Shown piece after piece: positions 42,161 to 57,180 of a DNA stretch of 64,000 bases. A model generated the notes under the pieces. That model did not search any database. It was not told the origin of the DNA and was given only the letters and a program-made list of their open reading frames with translations. Origin of the DNA: the human T2T-CHM13v2.0 reference genome, Homo sapiens; NCBI RefSeq assembly GCF_009914755.1, contig NC_060926.1; one strand, written 5' to 3'. How positions within the stretch are numbered: position 1 is the first letter of the stretch; every line of letters starts with the position of its first letter. A program made the position numbers and the translations under genes.

Positions 42161-44118
42161 GCGCACAAGTCTGCGTGTGTATGTGGTGCAGAGGGATAAG
42201 AGAATGGGACCCAGGGCTGGTAAAGTTTTAATGAGGGCGAGGAGAATGAGTGATAACAAAACAGTTCTGGAGCTTAGATGTTTCTTTAAAAAGTAGGACC
42301 AGGTAAGAAAATTTAAAAAAAGACAGCAGTCATGCGAGGTTGTGCTGGGACTTTGAGGAAACACAAAGATGCCCCAAGAAGGGGAAAGAAGAAATTTTAC
42401 CAGAAATTCTTCAGAAAGACAGTCTGGTATAAAATTAATTCAGAATTGAACTTTTGTTACTCTAGATTCTGCACCCCGGTTGGGATAATTCAGTGATGCC
42501 CTTACTTTTGCTCTGTCAGTGTGGGTAAACAGAATTCGACTTTAATGATTCACTGTAGTTTCAGGCAGAATGACAAACGCATTGTGCCTCTAAAGCAGTT
42601 CTTTAGGTGCCCTCAGTTAATATCCACCTGATTTAACTGTGAATTTTATTGACAATATTTAGCTCAAGATGCAATAATGTGAGGTGACTGTCACATAAAG
42701 GTTGGTTTGGGGCTACTTCTGCTTAGATATAGGAGGATTAACTAGGGATAAACTTCCTTTTAGAGTCCATGAACTCTGGCTGACTGACAGTCACTGAGAA
42801 TGAAGTCACAAGGAAAGCTGATCACTACTCCATGAACCAAAAAGATAAATTTAGGTCTTTCATAATGCACTTAAAACTAATTTCTGTATTCTATTTAAAA
42901 GTTTCACACATTTAATCAGAAAACATATGCATTGAGTAATTATATTTTACTGACTGTGTAAAATGCAAATGTCGAACGTTCAAATGAACTGTTAGAAATA
43001 AGAACCTATGCATAAAACTATAATAGATTCAGAGAAAAGTGAAGAAGACTTAGTGCTCAGAATGCAATTGTGTATCCAAATTCACTTCTAATATAATATA
43101 ATATAATATTTATTTATATGAGTTTGAGGAATGATTTATTTAATTATTTAATCTTCGTGGTGATAACCGGATTATATCTACACCTATTCCTTAAGAACAA
43201 CATGTATTTCGACAGGGAGAAAGATTCCCTGAAAAATTTAATTTCCTCTGTAGGGATGGAATGAAAGCATTTTCTTTTCAGCATTGTTTCTTTCAAATAT
43301 GAACCAGAGATTTTTACCAGAAATCAAGATAAATAACTGTTTTGCATCAGAAGAACGTAAAATAATATCAAGGATACATTCTGCTTCTTTAGATACTATT
43401 AGAACAGAGCAAGTCCTGAATAAATAGCATACATGTTGAAATAGAGGAAAGGCAGTTTGGCTTTTATAATACTTACTTGGTAAAAATAAATAGCATTGGC
43501 CAACAGAAACACAGAGACTCTTCATTAAAAAATACTGAAATCTATAAATGCTCATCTCCAGAGTAACCGCGTGTAACAAAACAACAGCTCATCCAGGCTG
43601 CAATGCAACAATGATATAATAGGATCAAAACCTTGCATTTAACAAAGAAAGTATGTCTCCAATTTCTGGAAAACAGTGATATATTTCATGTTACTCTAAG
43701 AATGAGATATGTGTCTTGATTTTTGACAGTTCCTAATTTGACAGTAGCTATTGATCTAAAAAATAAATATTCCTGTTAAAAGGGGTCTTTGCACTAATGT
43801 AAGCCTGAAAAATGATAGTGGAGAGCTGAGTCACTGCTAGTGATGATGCAGATTTACATAGTCTGCACCAGGCTTTTCTAATCCCGAACTGTGTGTGCAA
43901 AGCGTGTACATTCTAGCTAGCAGGGACGCTGACCACTCGAAAAAGACTTACCAGTGGCTAAAAGGCAAAAAGACCAGGAAAAATGAACTAACATTTATTG
44001 AAGCCCTATCATGTACAGGCATTTTCCAGGGTTGTTTATCACATGATCTTGCTTTTAGTTCTCACTACAGTGAAACAAAGCAAGTTTTTTCTTTTTTAAC
44101 TAACATACAGTAAAATCG

Positions 44119-44159
44119 AGTGTGTGTGTGTGTGTGTGTGTGTGTGCATGTGTGTGTGT
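44119..44159. repeat. (GT)n microsatellite, interrupted
   Basis: Read directly. Confidence 0.95.
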
Positions 44160-45309
44160 AAAATTCTATGAGTTTGAACATGTGCATAGATTCATGTAAC
44201 CACCACAATCGGGATATGGAACAGCTCCATCACCACAAAACTCCCTTGGACTGACATTTTGAGGAAACACTGTCCCTCCACTTTTAACTGCTAGTAATGA
44301 CCAATCTGTTCTCTGTTACTATAACTTTGTCTTTTCTAAAATGTCATATAAATGCTATCATACAGTATATAACATGTGAGACTGGCTTCTTTCAGTTCAC
44401 TTGAGATTCATCTGTTTAGTTGTATAGGTCAATAAGTAGTTTGTTCCTTTTTGCTGCTGAGTAGTATTCCACTGTATGAATATACCACAGTTTGTTTACC
44501 TATTCACCTGTTGAAGTACCTTTGGGTTGTTCTTGTTTGGGGATGATTATGAATAGAGCTGCTATAAACACTTATGTGGAGGTTTCTTATGAATAGAACT
44601 TTTCATTTTTCATGATAAATATATAGTAGTGAAATTACTGGGTCACATGATAAATATGTTTGACTACATAAAAAGTTGCTAAGTTGTTTTCCAGAGCAGC
44701 TGTACCACATTGGGTTCTCAGGAGGTATTTATGAGAGTTCCAGGTGCTCTACATCCTTGTCAGCATGCAGTAGTCAGTTTTGTTTTGAGCTGTTCTGATA
44801 GCTATAAAGTTTTATCACACTGTGGTTTTAATTAGTTACGTAATGGCTACATTGTTTCCTTAGTGCTGAGCATGTTTTGTTGTGCTTATTTGTCATTCTT
44901 ATATTTTTTTTGGTGAAGTGACTGATTCTTTCCCATGATTAAAAAAATTTTTTTTCTTGTTTTCTTTCTGGAGTTTTGAGAATTCTCTATATATACTAGA
45001 TAGAAGTCCTTTTTTAGACATAGGGTTTACAAATATTATCTCCCTATCTGTAGTTTGTCCTTCATTCTCTTGATAGTAGCTTACATAGAACAAAAGTTTT
45101 ACATTTCGATGAAGTCCAACTTACCATTTTTTTTTTAATGGATTGTGTTTTTGATGTCATGTTTTAAAACTCTTTGCCTAAAATCATGGAGATTTTCTCT
45201 AGTGTTTTTGTCTAAGTTTTTTATAGCTTTTATGTTTTATATTTAGATTTATGATACAATTTGGGAGAATTTTTGTGTACGGTATGAGGTTTAGAACATT
45301 AAAAAAAAA

Positions 45310-45632
<323 letters not shown>

Positions 45633-46638
45633 TAAAAATACTATCCTTTTGCTGATGAATTACGTTAGATTTCTGTCAAAAATTAATTAGCTATAATTTT
45701 GTGGGTCTGTTCTGCTAAATGGATAGATCTATGAGTCTTTTTGCCAATGTTATGTTTTCTTGATTATTGCAGTTTTATAGTAAGTCTTTAAATTGGTTAA
45801 CATGAGTTCTCTGATTTGGTTCTTCTTTGTCAAAATTATTTTGACTGTTTTAATCCCTTTACCTTTTCATATAAATTTTAGAATCAGCTAATCTGTATCT
45901 ACAAAAAATCCTTCAGGGATTTTGTTTGTAATTATGTTAACCTACAGATCAGTTTGAGGAGAATTAACTATAGTGAATTTTCTGATTATGAACACAACAC
46001 AGTATGGCTTTCCATTAATTAGGTCTTATTTGATTTCTTTCATCAGCATTTTGTAGCTTTCAGGATACAGATCCTGTATCTATTTTATTAGGTTTACAAC
46101 TAAGTATTTCAATTTTTTGAGCAACTGTAAGTGATGTTAGATTTTATTTTTGGTTTCTAATTGTTCGCTGCTAAATTACAAATAAAAAGAATTTTTACAT
46201 GTTGACTTTGCATCCTATGAATTTGTTAAACTCACTTTGTAGTTATAAGAGCGTTTTTTTGGAGACCCATTGCGTGGTTTTTCTATGTAGACAATCAGGT
46301 AATTTATGAACAGAGACAATTTTGTTCCTGTGTTTCCAATCTGAATGCCTTTTATTTTTCTTTCTTGCCTTATTACCCTAGCAAAGGCTTCTAGTACTAT
46401 GTGAATAGAAGTTGTGAAAGTGGACATTCTTGCTTTTTATGTTTCACAATTAAGTATGGTGTTTGTGGTAAATGCTCTTTATCAAGCTAATAAAGTTTGC
46501 TTCTATCTCTAGTCTGCTGAATGTTTAACCAAGAATAGATATTGGATTATTTTCAAATGTTTTATCTTCTTTAATTGATTTAATCTTTTTTCTTTAGTCT
46601 TTTAATTACATTGTATAAATTATAGTGTTTGCTTTTGA

Positions 46639-46965
<327 letters not shown>

Positions 46966-47573
46966 TGAATTTCAACACAGTCTTGCATTCTTGGAATAAA
47001 CCCCATTTGATCATTGTGAATAATTCTTAGTTTATGTTGCTGGATTGCCTTCAATCTTGCTAATAAGATTTCAGTGATTTTTCATCCATATTCATGAAGG
47101 AATATTTGTCCATAGTTTTCCTCTGTTTTACTATTTCTGTCTAATTTTGATATCAGAGTAATGCCGGCTTTGTAACATGAACTGGGAAATATCAATTAGA
47201 TTTAGTTGGCTGGTAATGTGATTCATTCTTCTGTATCCTTACTGACTTTGTCTACTTGTTCATTTGATTGCTGAGATAGGAGTGTTAAAACGTCCAAATA
47301 GAGGTGTACATGTGTCTATTCCTCATTTCAGTTGTATCAGTTTGTGATTCATGTATATCGAAGAAATGTTGTTAGGTGCATACACATTTAAATCATTGTC
47401 TTCTTGACCTTTTTGTCATTCTGCAATGTCCCTCTTTTTTCATGGTAATTTTTCCTTGCTCTGAAGTCTGTGTTATCTGATATTAATATAGCCACTACAG
47501 CTATCTTTTGATTTGTGTTTACATGGCATGGCATAGTCTCTCTTTTTTCATCCTTTTATTCCAGCCTTTCTAA

Positions 47574-47932
<359 letters not shown>

Positions 47933-48614
47933 TAGCACATAGTTGAATATCTTTGTTGTAACTGGTGTCTTCAGATCATTTACACATAATTATTAATATC
48001 TTTAGATTTAGGTCTATCGCTTTCTAATTTGTTTCCTGTTTGTTTACTCTATATTTCATTAGTTTCCTCCTTTCTTCCTTCTTTTGGATTATTTAAATAT
48101 ATTTCTCTCAAATTGTATTTGACTACATATCTTCAAATAAATTTTTAAGTAGTTGCTCTAGGGATTAAACTTTTAGAATCCACTTAGAATTAATATTTTA
48201 TTACTTCAATGGTAATACAGAAACCTTGCCACCACCATTAAGCTCCTCCCTCCATGTTGTAATTGTCATAGGCATTTTATTTGCAAACATTAAAAATTGC
48301 ATCAGATAAGGTTATTCTTTTTGCTTTCAACTGCCAAATACATATTTAAATAATTTAAGAGGGGAGAAGAATAGTTTACTGTCTTTACGCAGATATTGTA
48401 GACATTTTGCCATTTCTGTTGCATTTCCTTTATTATTTATGTTCTGTTTCCTTTTTGTAAAATTTTTCTTCAGGATTTCCCAGCTAACAAATTATTAGTT
48501 TTCATTATTTTGAGAAAGCCTTATTTTACCTCTATTTTTGAAGTCTATTTTCACAGGACATAGAATTTGGAGTCAAAATATCTTTTCATTTAGAACTTTA
48601 AAATGTTGTTCCAT

Positions 48615-50625
48615 GAATGGAAACAAAAACACAACATCCTGACTTATGGGATTCAGAGAGAGCAGTGCTTTGAGGAAAATGTATAGCTACAAATGCCTAC
48701 GTTAAAAAAGAAGAAAAATCTCCAGTCAGTAACTTAAACTTTAAGAAATTAGAGAAACAGAAGAAATAACAATAAACAATAAAGATTAGAAGAGAAATAA
48801 AATAGAGAATAGAAAAACAATATAAAAAATCAATAAAACCAAAAGGTGGTTCTTTAAAAAATCATTATTATTGGACACTTTGATAAAACTAGCTAGAATG
48901 ACTAAGAAATGAAGAGAGAAGACCCAAATTACTAAAATCAGGAATAAAAGATGGGATATTATCCCTTATAGAACAAAAAGGATTATGTGAATACTATGTA
49001 GTATTGTATGCCAACAAACTAGATAACCTAGATGAAATGGACAAATTCCCAGAAAGAATTTAATACAATTTCTATCAAAACGCTAGCTGCTTTTATTTTT
49101 CTTGGCAGAAATTGAGAAGTTGATTCTAAAATTTACAAAAATATGCAAGAAACCCATAATGGTCAAAATAATTTTGAAAAAGAGCAAAGTTGAGGACTCA
49201 TACTTCATGATTTCAAAATTCACTACAGAGCTACAGTAATAAGATGTGGTAGCAGTGGCACAAAGACAAACATATAAGTCAATGGAATAGAATTGAGAGT
49301 CCGGAAATAAGCCCATCCACTTATGGGTAACTGATTTTTGACAAGGGTGATGACATTTTAATAGGGGAAAGAATAGTCTTTTGAATAAATGGTGCTGGGA
49401 CAACTAAATAGGCACATTCAGAAGAAGGAAATTGAATCCCTACCTCACATCGTTTGTAAATATTAACTCGAAATTGATTAAAGATCAAATTGTAAGAGCT
49501 AAAACTATAAAACTTTTTGAAGAAAATATGAAAGTAAATATATGTGACCTTGGATTAGTCAATTGTTTCTTAAATATGATGCCCAAAGCATAAACAAAAG
49601 AAAAAGTAGATACATTGGACTTAATCAAAATTAAAAATATTTGTGCATCAAAAGACACTACCAAGAAAGCAAAAAGACAACCCACAAAATAAAATATTTG
49701 CAAATCATGTATCTGAGAAAGGTCTTTTATCAAGAATATATGAAGAACTGGTACAACCCAACAACAAAGGGACAACCCAGTTTTAAAATGGGTGAAGATT
49801 TGAAAATATATTTCTCCAGTAAAGATATACAAATAGCCAATAGACATATGAAAAGATGCTCAATATCATTAGTCATTAGGGAAATGCAGATAAAATAATC
49901 ACAATGAAATGCCACTTTACATTCACTAGGATGACTGTAATTAAAAAGACAGACAATATTAAGTGTTGATGAGGATGAAGATAAATTGGAATGCTCTCAC
50001 ATTGGTAGTAGAAATGTAAATTAATGTAGCTGCATTAGCAAACACTTTGATAGTTCCTCAAAAAGTTAAACATTGAGTTCCCATATAATCCAGAAATACT
50101 ACTCATATGTATTTATTCAAGAGTATTAAAAACATGCATCCATACAAAAATGGATATTCATAGAAGCATCATTCACAATAGTCAAAATTTGAAAACACCC
50201 AAATATTCATCAATGAATGAATGAATAAACATAATGTAGTACGGTCATACAATGGAATACCACTTGGCCATTAAAAGGAATGAAGTCCTGATAAATGATA
50301 TAACATAGATGAAACTTGAAGACATTATGCTAAGTGAAAAACAGAGGTAATAGAACATATTGTATATGATTATTTTACATGAAATGCCCAGAATGGGCAA
50401 ATATATAGAAACAAAAGGTAAATTACTGGTTGCCATTGGCTAGGGGGAGAAGGAAATAGGCATTGATTGCCAACGATATGGGGTTTCTTTTCAGGGTGAT
50501 GAAAATATTTTGGGATTAGATAATAGAGATGGTTGCAAAACCTAGCAAATGCACTAAGAATCACTTAATTGTTCACTTAAAAAGAGTGAATTTTATGGTA
50601 TATGAATATCTCCAGTAAAATATTA
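48615..50625 (+). mobile_element. L1MB-type 5'-truncated, internally deleted element inserted antisense to the host L1M
   Basis: ORF2 fragments (HMKRCSISLVIREMQIK) and L1MB-like 3'UTR; degenerate flank duplication aaaatgtt. Confidence 0.82.
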
Positions 50626-50673
50626 CAACTACTGCTAATACTAAAATGTTCAATTTATTTCTGGCAACCATGG

Positions 50674-51094
50674 TGATATAGTTTATGTATTTTTCCTTAC
50701 CAAAATCTCATGTTGAATTGTAATCCCCAGTATTGGAGATGGGGCCTGGTGGGAGGTACCTGGATCACTGGTGAATTTCTTATGAATGGTTTAGCACCAT
50801 CCCCTTAGTGCTGTCCTTGTGATAGTGAGTAAGTTCTCATGAGATCTGACTGTCTAAAGGTGGGTGGCACCACTTTCTTGCTCCTGCTCTGGCCATGTGA
50901 TATGCCTACTCCCACTTTACCTTCTGCCATGATTATAAGTTTCCCAAGGTCTCCCCAGCCCCAGAAGCCAAGCAATAGCCAGCACTGTGCCTCTTGTAAA
51001 GCCTGCAGAACTATGAGCCAATTAAATCTCTTTTCTTTATAAATTATCCAGTCTCAGTTATTGCTTTATAGCAATGCAAGAATGACCTAATTCA
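50674..51094 (+). mobile_element. MST (MSTB-like) solo LTR
   Basis: tgatatagttt...aatctcatgttgaattgtaatcccc...aatgacctaattca; TSD catgg/catga. Confidence 0.9.
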
Positions 51095-51989
51095 CATGAT
51101 TTCTGATGAGGAATCCATGGTCATTTGCTTTATTGTTTTCTTATATAAAATGTTCTGCTTTTCTGCTTTCAGTAAATTCTTTTTTTCTGTTCAGTTTCCA
51201 TCAGTTTGATTGTGTTGTACTGGGCATAGATTTCTTTGAATTTTTTTTCATTTGAGATTTTCTAAGCTGTAGGTGAATCTGTGGGTCTATGTCTTTCATT
51301 AGATATGAGAATTGTAGAATTTCTAGTGATACATCTTCAAGTTCACTGACCTTTTTTCTGTCATGTTTATTATTCTGTTGAGCCCACTAGGGAACTTCAC
51401 AATTTTGGCTTTTGTATTTTTCAGTGCAAGGCCAAGATGAAAGGTTTCCACAGCAGAGAACAAGAAATGAATTATCTCATTCAAGGATGAGAGGAGAACA
51501 TAATTTATCTTGGATGAACTACTGTGCTAGAGAGCTAAGAAGGAATGAAGTGAAGATTTTCAAACCCCTGAGGGAGGGCTGTGCATTGCCTGAATGAAGA
51601 ACCAACTTGGAAAATGTATCTCTGAGCAAGGGCTGGAATAGAATAACGTTAGGACAGAGAAAAAAGTTCTGAGGCAGATCACCCCTGCACTGTGAGAGGT
51701 ACTGGTTTCTGAAGTTTAACATCGGTCCTGAAGGGGAAAGGAAAGAAGGAAACTAGAAAAGTAAGTTTTAAACTTAATTTTAAATTTTAATTGATAAACT
51801 GCTGGATTGATCTAAGTTAGTGTTTTGTTGTTAGATTTAATTCATAATAGAGAAGAAATTTAGTTTTAAGAAAAATTTGAAGTCTTTTTATTTGCACACA
51901 TGGATTTTTATCTTATAAATTTATACTCTCTGCCCAAATTTTTATTAAGTTTTAAAAATATTTGGTATCTACCATTATATATCTATATT

Positions 51990-52660
51990 ATCATTCATTC
52001 ATCCAATAAACATTTATAGAAATGCAAGTTTTGACAACTATATGGCTAGTAGGGTTACGAAATAAAATAAAGATTATCCCAAATAATTTATTTTAGTTTA
52101 AGTGTGCACAGATATTTAATGGGGCATACTTACATTAAAAATGATTCCTGATTGGTTTGAAATTTAAATTTGTAATTGGGTGTACTTTTTTTATTTGCTA
52201 AATCTGGCAAGTACTAAAATACAAAGAAAAACAAGCTGTATTCTCTGTCCTTAATGGATTCACAGGCTAGTGGAGTAAACATGCATAAAAATAATTATAA
52301 AGGCACATGATAAATTTAGTGATAGAGATAAGTAAAGATATAGAAAAACTGAAGGCTGGACACTTGATTCAATCTTAGAGGATAGAATGGGGTGATATAG
52401 AGATAGTTTCCTAGAAGAAGTGATGCTTGGATTAAATCATAAAGTGTAAATAGAATTTGACCATGTGAAAGGGAGGAATGAAAAAAGACATTTAAAGTTA
52501 AGGGAACTATCTGTGGGAGGTGGCAGCCACTATATTGTCTTCAGTGAAAGATAGGTACCAGATTTTGGAGAATCTCTATGCCAGGTTACAGAGATTTGAT
52601 CTTGCTACTTGAATGGAGAGGAAGGCCTGAGGTAGCAGAGAAAGAACATATTAAGAAAAG
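51990..52660 (-). mobile_element. L2 fragment
   Basis: tcattcattcatccaataaacatttat antisense L2 terminus and body. Confidence 0.6.
52051..52212. mobile_element. MER53-like palindromic hAT element
   Basis: agggtt...catacttacattaaaa...tgaaatttaaattt...tttatttgctaaatctggcaa. Confidence 0.7.
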
Positions 52661-52666
52661 GGAATA

Positions 52667-52968
52667 ATGTGTGTATGTGTGTGTATGTGTACATATATCT
52701 ATATATATTATCCATATATTACCCATATATACTTATATATATTATTATATAATAATATGTATTTATATTATATACTTATAATAATATATATTTATAATAT
52801 GTATACTTATATATTATTATATATTATATATTATATTATATATACTTTATATATAATATATACTTATATTATCCATATATTATACTTATATAAGTGTATG
52901 TATGTATACATATATATCTGCAACACACAAACACACACACACACACACATCCCACACATACACACATT
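52667..52968. repeat. Compound (TG)/(TA-rich)/(CA) low-complexity tract
   Basis: Read directly. Confidence 0.95.
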
Positions 52969-53081
52969 AGAACTAGCAGGACTTGGCGATTCATTTGAAT
53001 ATGGTAAGTGTGGAAGAAAGAAGAATCACACATCTCCAGTATCATATGTAAGGTACCTCTGTGAGATCTGTGATGGGTGTC

Positions 53082-53931
53082 TGTGGTAGGGTGAATTGTA
53101 TTTTTCCCCCAAAATATGTTGAAGTCTTTGACATGGTTTAAATGTGTTCCTACCCAAATCTCATCTTGAATTGCAGCTCCCACAATTCCCACATGTTGTG
53201 GGAGAGACCCAGTGGAAGATAATTGAATCATGGGGGTGGTTTCCCCATACTGTTCTCACAGTATTGAATAGGTCTCATGAGATCTGGTGGTTTTATAAAG
53301 GGTTTCCTCTTTTGCTTGGCTCTCATTCTCTCTCTTGCTGCTGCCATGTAAGACATGCCTTTTCCCTTCCGCCATGATCGTGAGGCCTCCCCAGCCATGT
53401 GGAACTGTAAGTCCATTAAACCTCTTTTTCTTTATAAATTACCCAGTCTCAGGTATGTCTTTATTAGCAGTGTGAGAACAGATTAATACAGTTCTAAGCT
53501 CCCATACCTGTGAACATGACCTTATTTGAAAATAGGGTGTTTGCAAATATTATAAAGTTAAGATTATGTCATACTTGATTAGGGTGGGCCCTAATCCAAT
53601 ATGACTGATGTCTATATAAAAATAGAAAATAGACATACAGGGAAAAGAATGCCATGTGAAGACACAGAGACACAAAGAAAGACGGCCATATGGAAATGGA
53701 AGAGATTGGAGTGATGCGTCTGTAAAACATGGAATGCCAAAGATTGCTGGCCATCACCAGAAGCTAAGAAAGAGGCATGGAACTGTTGTTCCCTTAGAAC
53801 CGTCAGGAGGAATCTATGCTAACCCTAAGTTTAGCGTTCTAACCTCCAGAACTGTGAGAGAATACATTTCTGTTGTTTTAATCCACCCAGTTTGTGGTAC
53901 TTTATTGTGGCATCTCTAGGCTATTAATATA
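53082..53931 (+). mobile_element. MLT1C-like MaLR LTR interrupted by a THE1 LTR
   Basis: gaccttatttgaaaataggg...gattagggtgggccctaatccaat...agaactgtgagagaatacatttctgttg. Confidence 0.85.
53129..53490 (+). mobile_element. THE1 (B/C-like) solo LTR
   Basis: tgacatggttt...acccaaatctcatcttgaattg...gtgtgagaacagattaataca. Confidence 0.92.
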
Positions 53932-54009
53932 ATGTATAATGAGCAGTTGGCTGTATAAATCCAAAGCTAAGGAAGGGAAATGAGCTATAAATGCATATTT
54001 GTGAGCACT

Positions 54010-54260
54010 AATAATAATAATGGTAATAGCTCACTTTCGTAGAGCTTACTCCATTGCAGGCTCTTTTACACGTATTAACTCATGTAATCTTCACAACAAA
54101 CCTATTACATAGGTACTATAATCATTCCAAGTTTCTAGATGAGGAGGCCTAAGCACAGAGCACTGAAATGACTTGTGTAAAGTTGCATAGCTATATAGAA
54201 GGTGGTAGTGCCATAATTCAGTTCTAGGAACATGCTTGCTCTAGCATCCATGCTCTTGGC
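54010..54260 (-). mobile_element. MIR SINE
   Basis: ttaactcatgtaatcttcacaacaa...agatgaggagg...aagcacagag. Confidence 0.75.
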
Positions 54261-54334
54261 ATTTTGCTTTCCTGCTTGTAAGTGTGAACTGGTACCAAAA
54301 AGAAGGTGGGATTATACCCAGAGGTAGATAATGA

Positions 54335-54805
54335 GTATTAGCTAGTCAAACTCCAGAAATTCACAGTACTTTCTCCTTTGATTTCTTCAATTTAAATAAA
54401 ATAAAATACTCAACTGTTCAGTCATCCTTGCAGCTCAGATGGCCATGTGAGACATTTCTTATGGAAAGCCTTGGAAAAGAATTTTCATTCTGGAAAAAAG
54501 GAAAGTCTCAAGACTAGAAAGTCTTTGTGTTTCTCCCAAAACCCTTACCCAATCTTCCTACCTGGATGAGATGCATGCATGCAGCACCCATCCTGTGGTC
54601 GTGAAGATGGAAGACAAATACTAAGTAAAAGTGGAGCAGAGAGAGGGATAGATCCCAGATCCCTGATCAGATCCTTAAATAGTTAGCTCTGGCTGTCTAC
54701 AGCCGGGCCTTTTGTTATGTAAGAAGAATGTAGCACTATCAATCTAAATCATTATTATTCTAGGTTTCTATCACTTGTACCTGAAGGCAATTCCAACTGA
54801 TACAT
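54335..54805 (+). mobile_element. Old MaLR LTR (MLT1J/K-like)
   Basis: ccttgcagctcagatggccatgtga...tctatcacttgtacctgaaggcaattccaactgataca. Confidence 0.5.
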
Positions 54806-54809
54806 TGAG

Positions 54810-55240
54810 AGAGTATTTATAGTGAAAGAAGCACTGAGGAAAGCTGACCCAAAGGAAGGGACCAGGGAAGAAAACCAGGGAAGGAGATTGAGAAAGAATG
54901 ATCAGGGAGCTTCAAGGAGAACTGGAAAGTGTTGTGTTAAGAAATCAAAGGAAGTAGAGAATTTTTAAAAGCCTAGTGATAAAAATGGCAAGTGCATCAA
55001 AGAGATGTAATAAGATAAAAACTGAAACATATGCAATGGTGTAATCATTGAGAGGTCATTGGTGACTTTATTAGAAAAAATTTCTGTGCATTGTTGGGGA
55101 AGACATTTGATTGCACTGTATTGAGGAAAGATGTGGAAAAGTTAAGGAAATAAAAACAGCAAATGTAAAATAACCTTCCAAAAATTTTGGATGAACCAGG
55201 GAAGAGATGTTGGAGGGTAGCTAGAGGGAGAGAAAGTCAA
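54810..55240 (-). mobile_element. L2 fragment
   Basis: gagaggtcattggtgacttta...gcaaatgtaaaataaccttcc. Confidence 0.55.
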
Positions 55241-55633
55241 AGAAAAACTTTATTTCCTGCCCAGTTGTGAGAGACTCAAACATGTTTATAGGCTGGGAAA
55301 GAAAGAGCAAGTTAGGAGAGTAGGGAAGTATAATAGGGTGGAGTCCCTCCAGAACTGGGAGTAGATGGGGTTAAGGAGATTAGAAGAGACACTAATCTTG
55401 AACAGGACTGAAAGACTCTTGTCCACTGAGACTAGAGAAAATTAAATAGACAAGGGTACGATTATAGCTAATTCTAATGATAAGAAAGCAGAAAATGAAG
55501 AGAGAAAGATTATGTCAAAGGGCACAATTTTCTAAATTACAAAGAAGGCAAGAACATTTACTCCAAGTGTGGGGGTATGGTTCAGAATAACATATGAGGA
55601 GAGTAGTAGGGATTTAGCTCCTAGTTGAAGGGG

Positions 55634-56068
55634 GTCTTTGTCCATTGTCTGTTGCTTATAACAGAATATCTGAACCAAATATCTGAAACTTTTCTTTATA
55701 GGTTTCAGGAATCTGAAAAATCCATAAACAATCTGAAGGAATCAGAAATCTATAAAGAAAAGAAATTTACTTCTTACATTTATGGGGTCTGAGAAGTCCA
55801 AGGTCAAGGGGCCACATCTGATGAGGGCCTTCTTGCTGGTGGGGACTCTGTAGAGTCCGAAGGTGGCACAGGGTATTATATGGCAATAGGACTGAGTGTG
55901 CTAGCTCAGGTGTCTCTTCCTCTTCTTCTAAAGTCATCAGTCCCATTGAAGCTCCCATCAGAGCCCTCATGACCTAGTCACCTTTTAAAGGCCCTACTTC
56001 TCAATACTACCACATTGGGGATTAAATTTCAGCATGAGTTTTGGAGGGGACAGATATTCAAAATAGCA
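55634..56068 (-). mobile_element. MST/MLT1A-like MaLR solo LTR
   Basis: ttgcttataacagaata...gagaagtccaaggtcaaggggccacatctg...catgagttttggaggggacag. Confidence 0.85.
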
Positions 56069-56930
56069 AAGGGAATCAACAAAGAAGCTAATCAAGGGAA
56101 GCTAAGCATGATGGGCAGTGCAGAGGGCCACATATAGTCCAGGATTATACATACCTTTTTATATTTCTGGCTATTTGCCCAGATGTGTGCATTTCTACCA
56201 GCAGTGAATAGTGACCTGGGCATGAGGAGAAGAAGTTGAGCTGTGGCAATGATCTATAGTCATCCTCCTTTGGGACTTTGCTGGGAAGGTGTGGGGGCAG
56301 CACAGAAATACAAAAAATTTGATAATGCTGATGAGACAATAAAGCAGAAGTTCATCAAGGGAGTCTAAATCTATAAAAGGGAGGAAGGCCAAGAGGCATG
56401 TGACAGCCTGGAAGACAACTAAGACACTATGGGGTTGGAGTTCAGCCAGGAGGTCAAAATCAAGACGTATGGTGTTTACAAAAATGTGAGACTTGGTAAG
56501 TTAGGAGGTGCAGATCATAGAACAGACAAGTGCAGTCAAATGCTCACTAGGGTGGACCAGTACTGGGCAATAAATAGAATGATGTGCTCTGAAAGTGAGT
56601 GCTGAAGTTCAGTAAAGTGATAGTCTTTAATAGAGTTAACATAGTCCAGTAAATAGAAAGTCAATTTTTGAATGGATTAGCTTCATGGACATTGAAATCT
56701 AGGATGATGTATAATCTGGGATAGTACATAATCTATTATTGAGTTGTATCCGAAATAATAAAATATTATAGATTTGTTTCTTTAATTCCAACATGTAAAT
56801 ATTTCTACCAAAATCTCCATGATTTTCAGGATTTCTGCCACGGTTTGTTATTCTTTGGCATAAAGGTAGAGTGAGATCAAGGATGGAAAGGCATCCTTGA
56901 AATCGGATTGTAAAAGCTTTTATTCTATCT

Positions 56931-57180
56931 CAGTGTTTCTCGATTTTTTTCTCCCATTATTGCTTCCCTAAGGCACTTTTTAGATAGACATTTTTTCTCT
57001 AATCTTCCCCGCCTTCCCCCATGAAAATTTAATACCACAGTTATATTGTATATCTGTTTATGTATTGTATGTATATCTGTTCTTTATAATAAAAGGAGTA
57101 AGAACTGTCTTATCTCTCCTCCCCTCCCCAAAACAATTTTTGCCTCCTTGGGAGCAGTATTGCTCTATTGAGAAGAAACG
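56931..57180. mobile_element. MER112-like hAT-Charlie element
   Basis: cagtgtttctc...ccccatgaaaattttaata...tgtatatctgtttatgta...attgagaa; family name from memory. Confidence 0.65.

Noticed and set aside
52667-53231. Tyr/Ile-rich ORFs
   Set aside because: Translations of TA/CA low-complexity DNA
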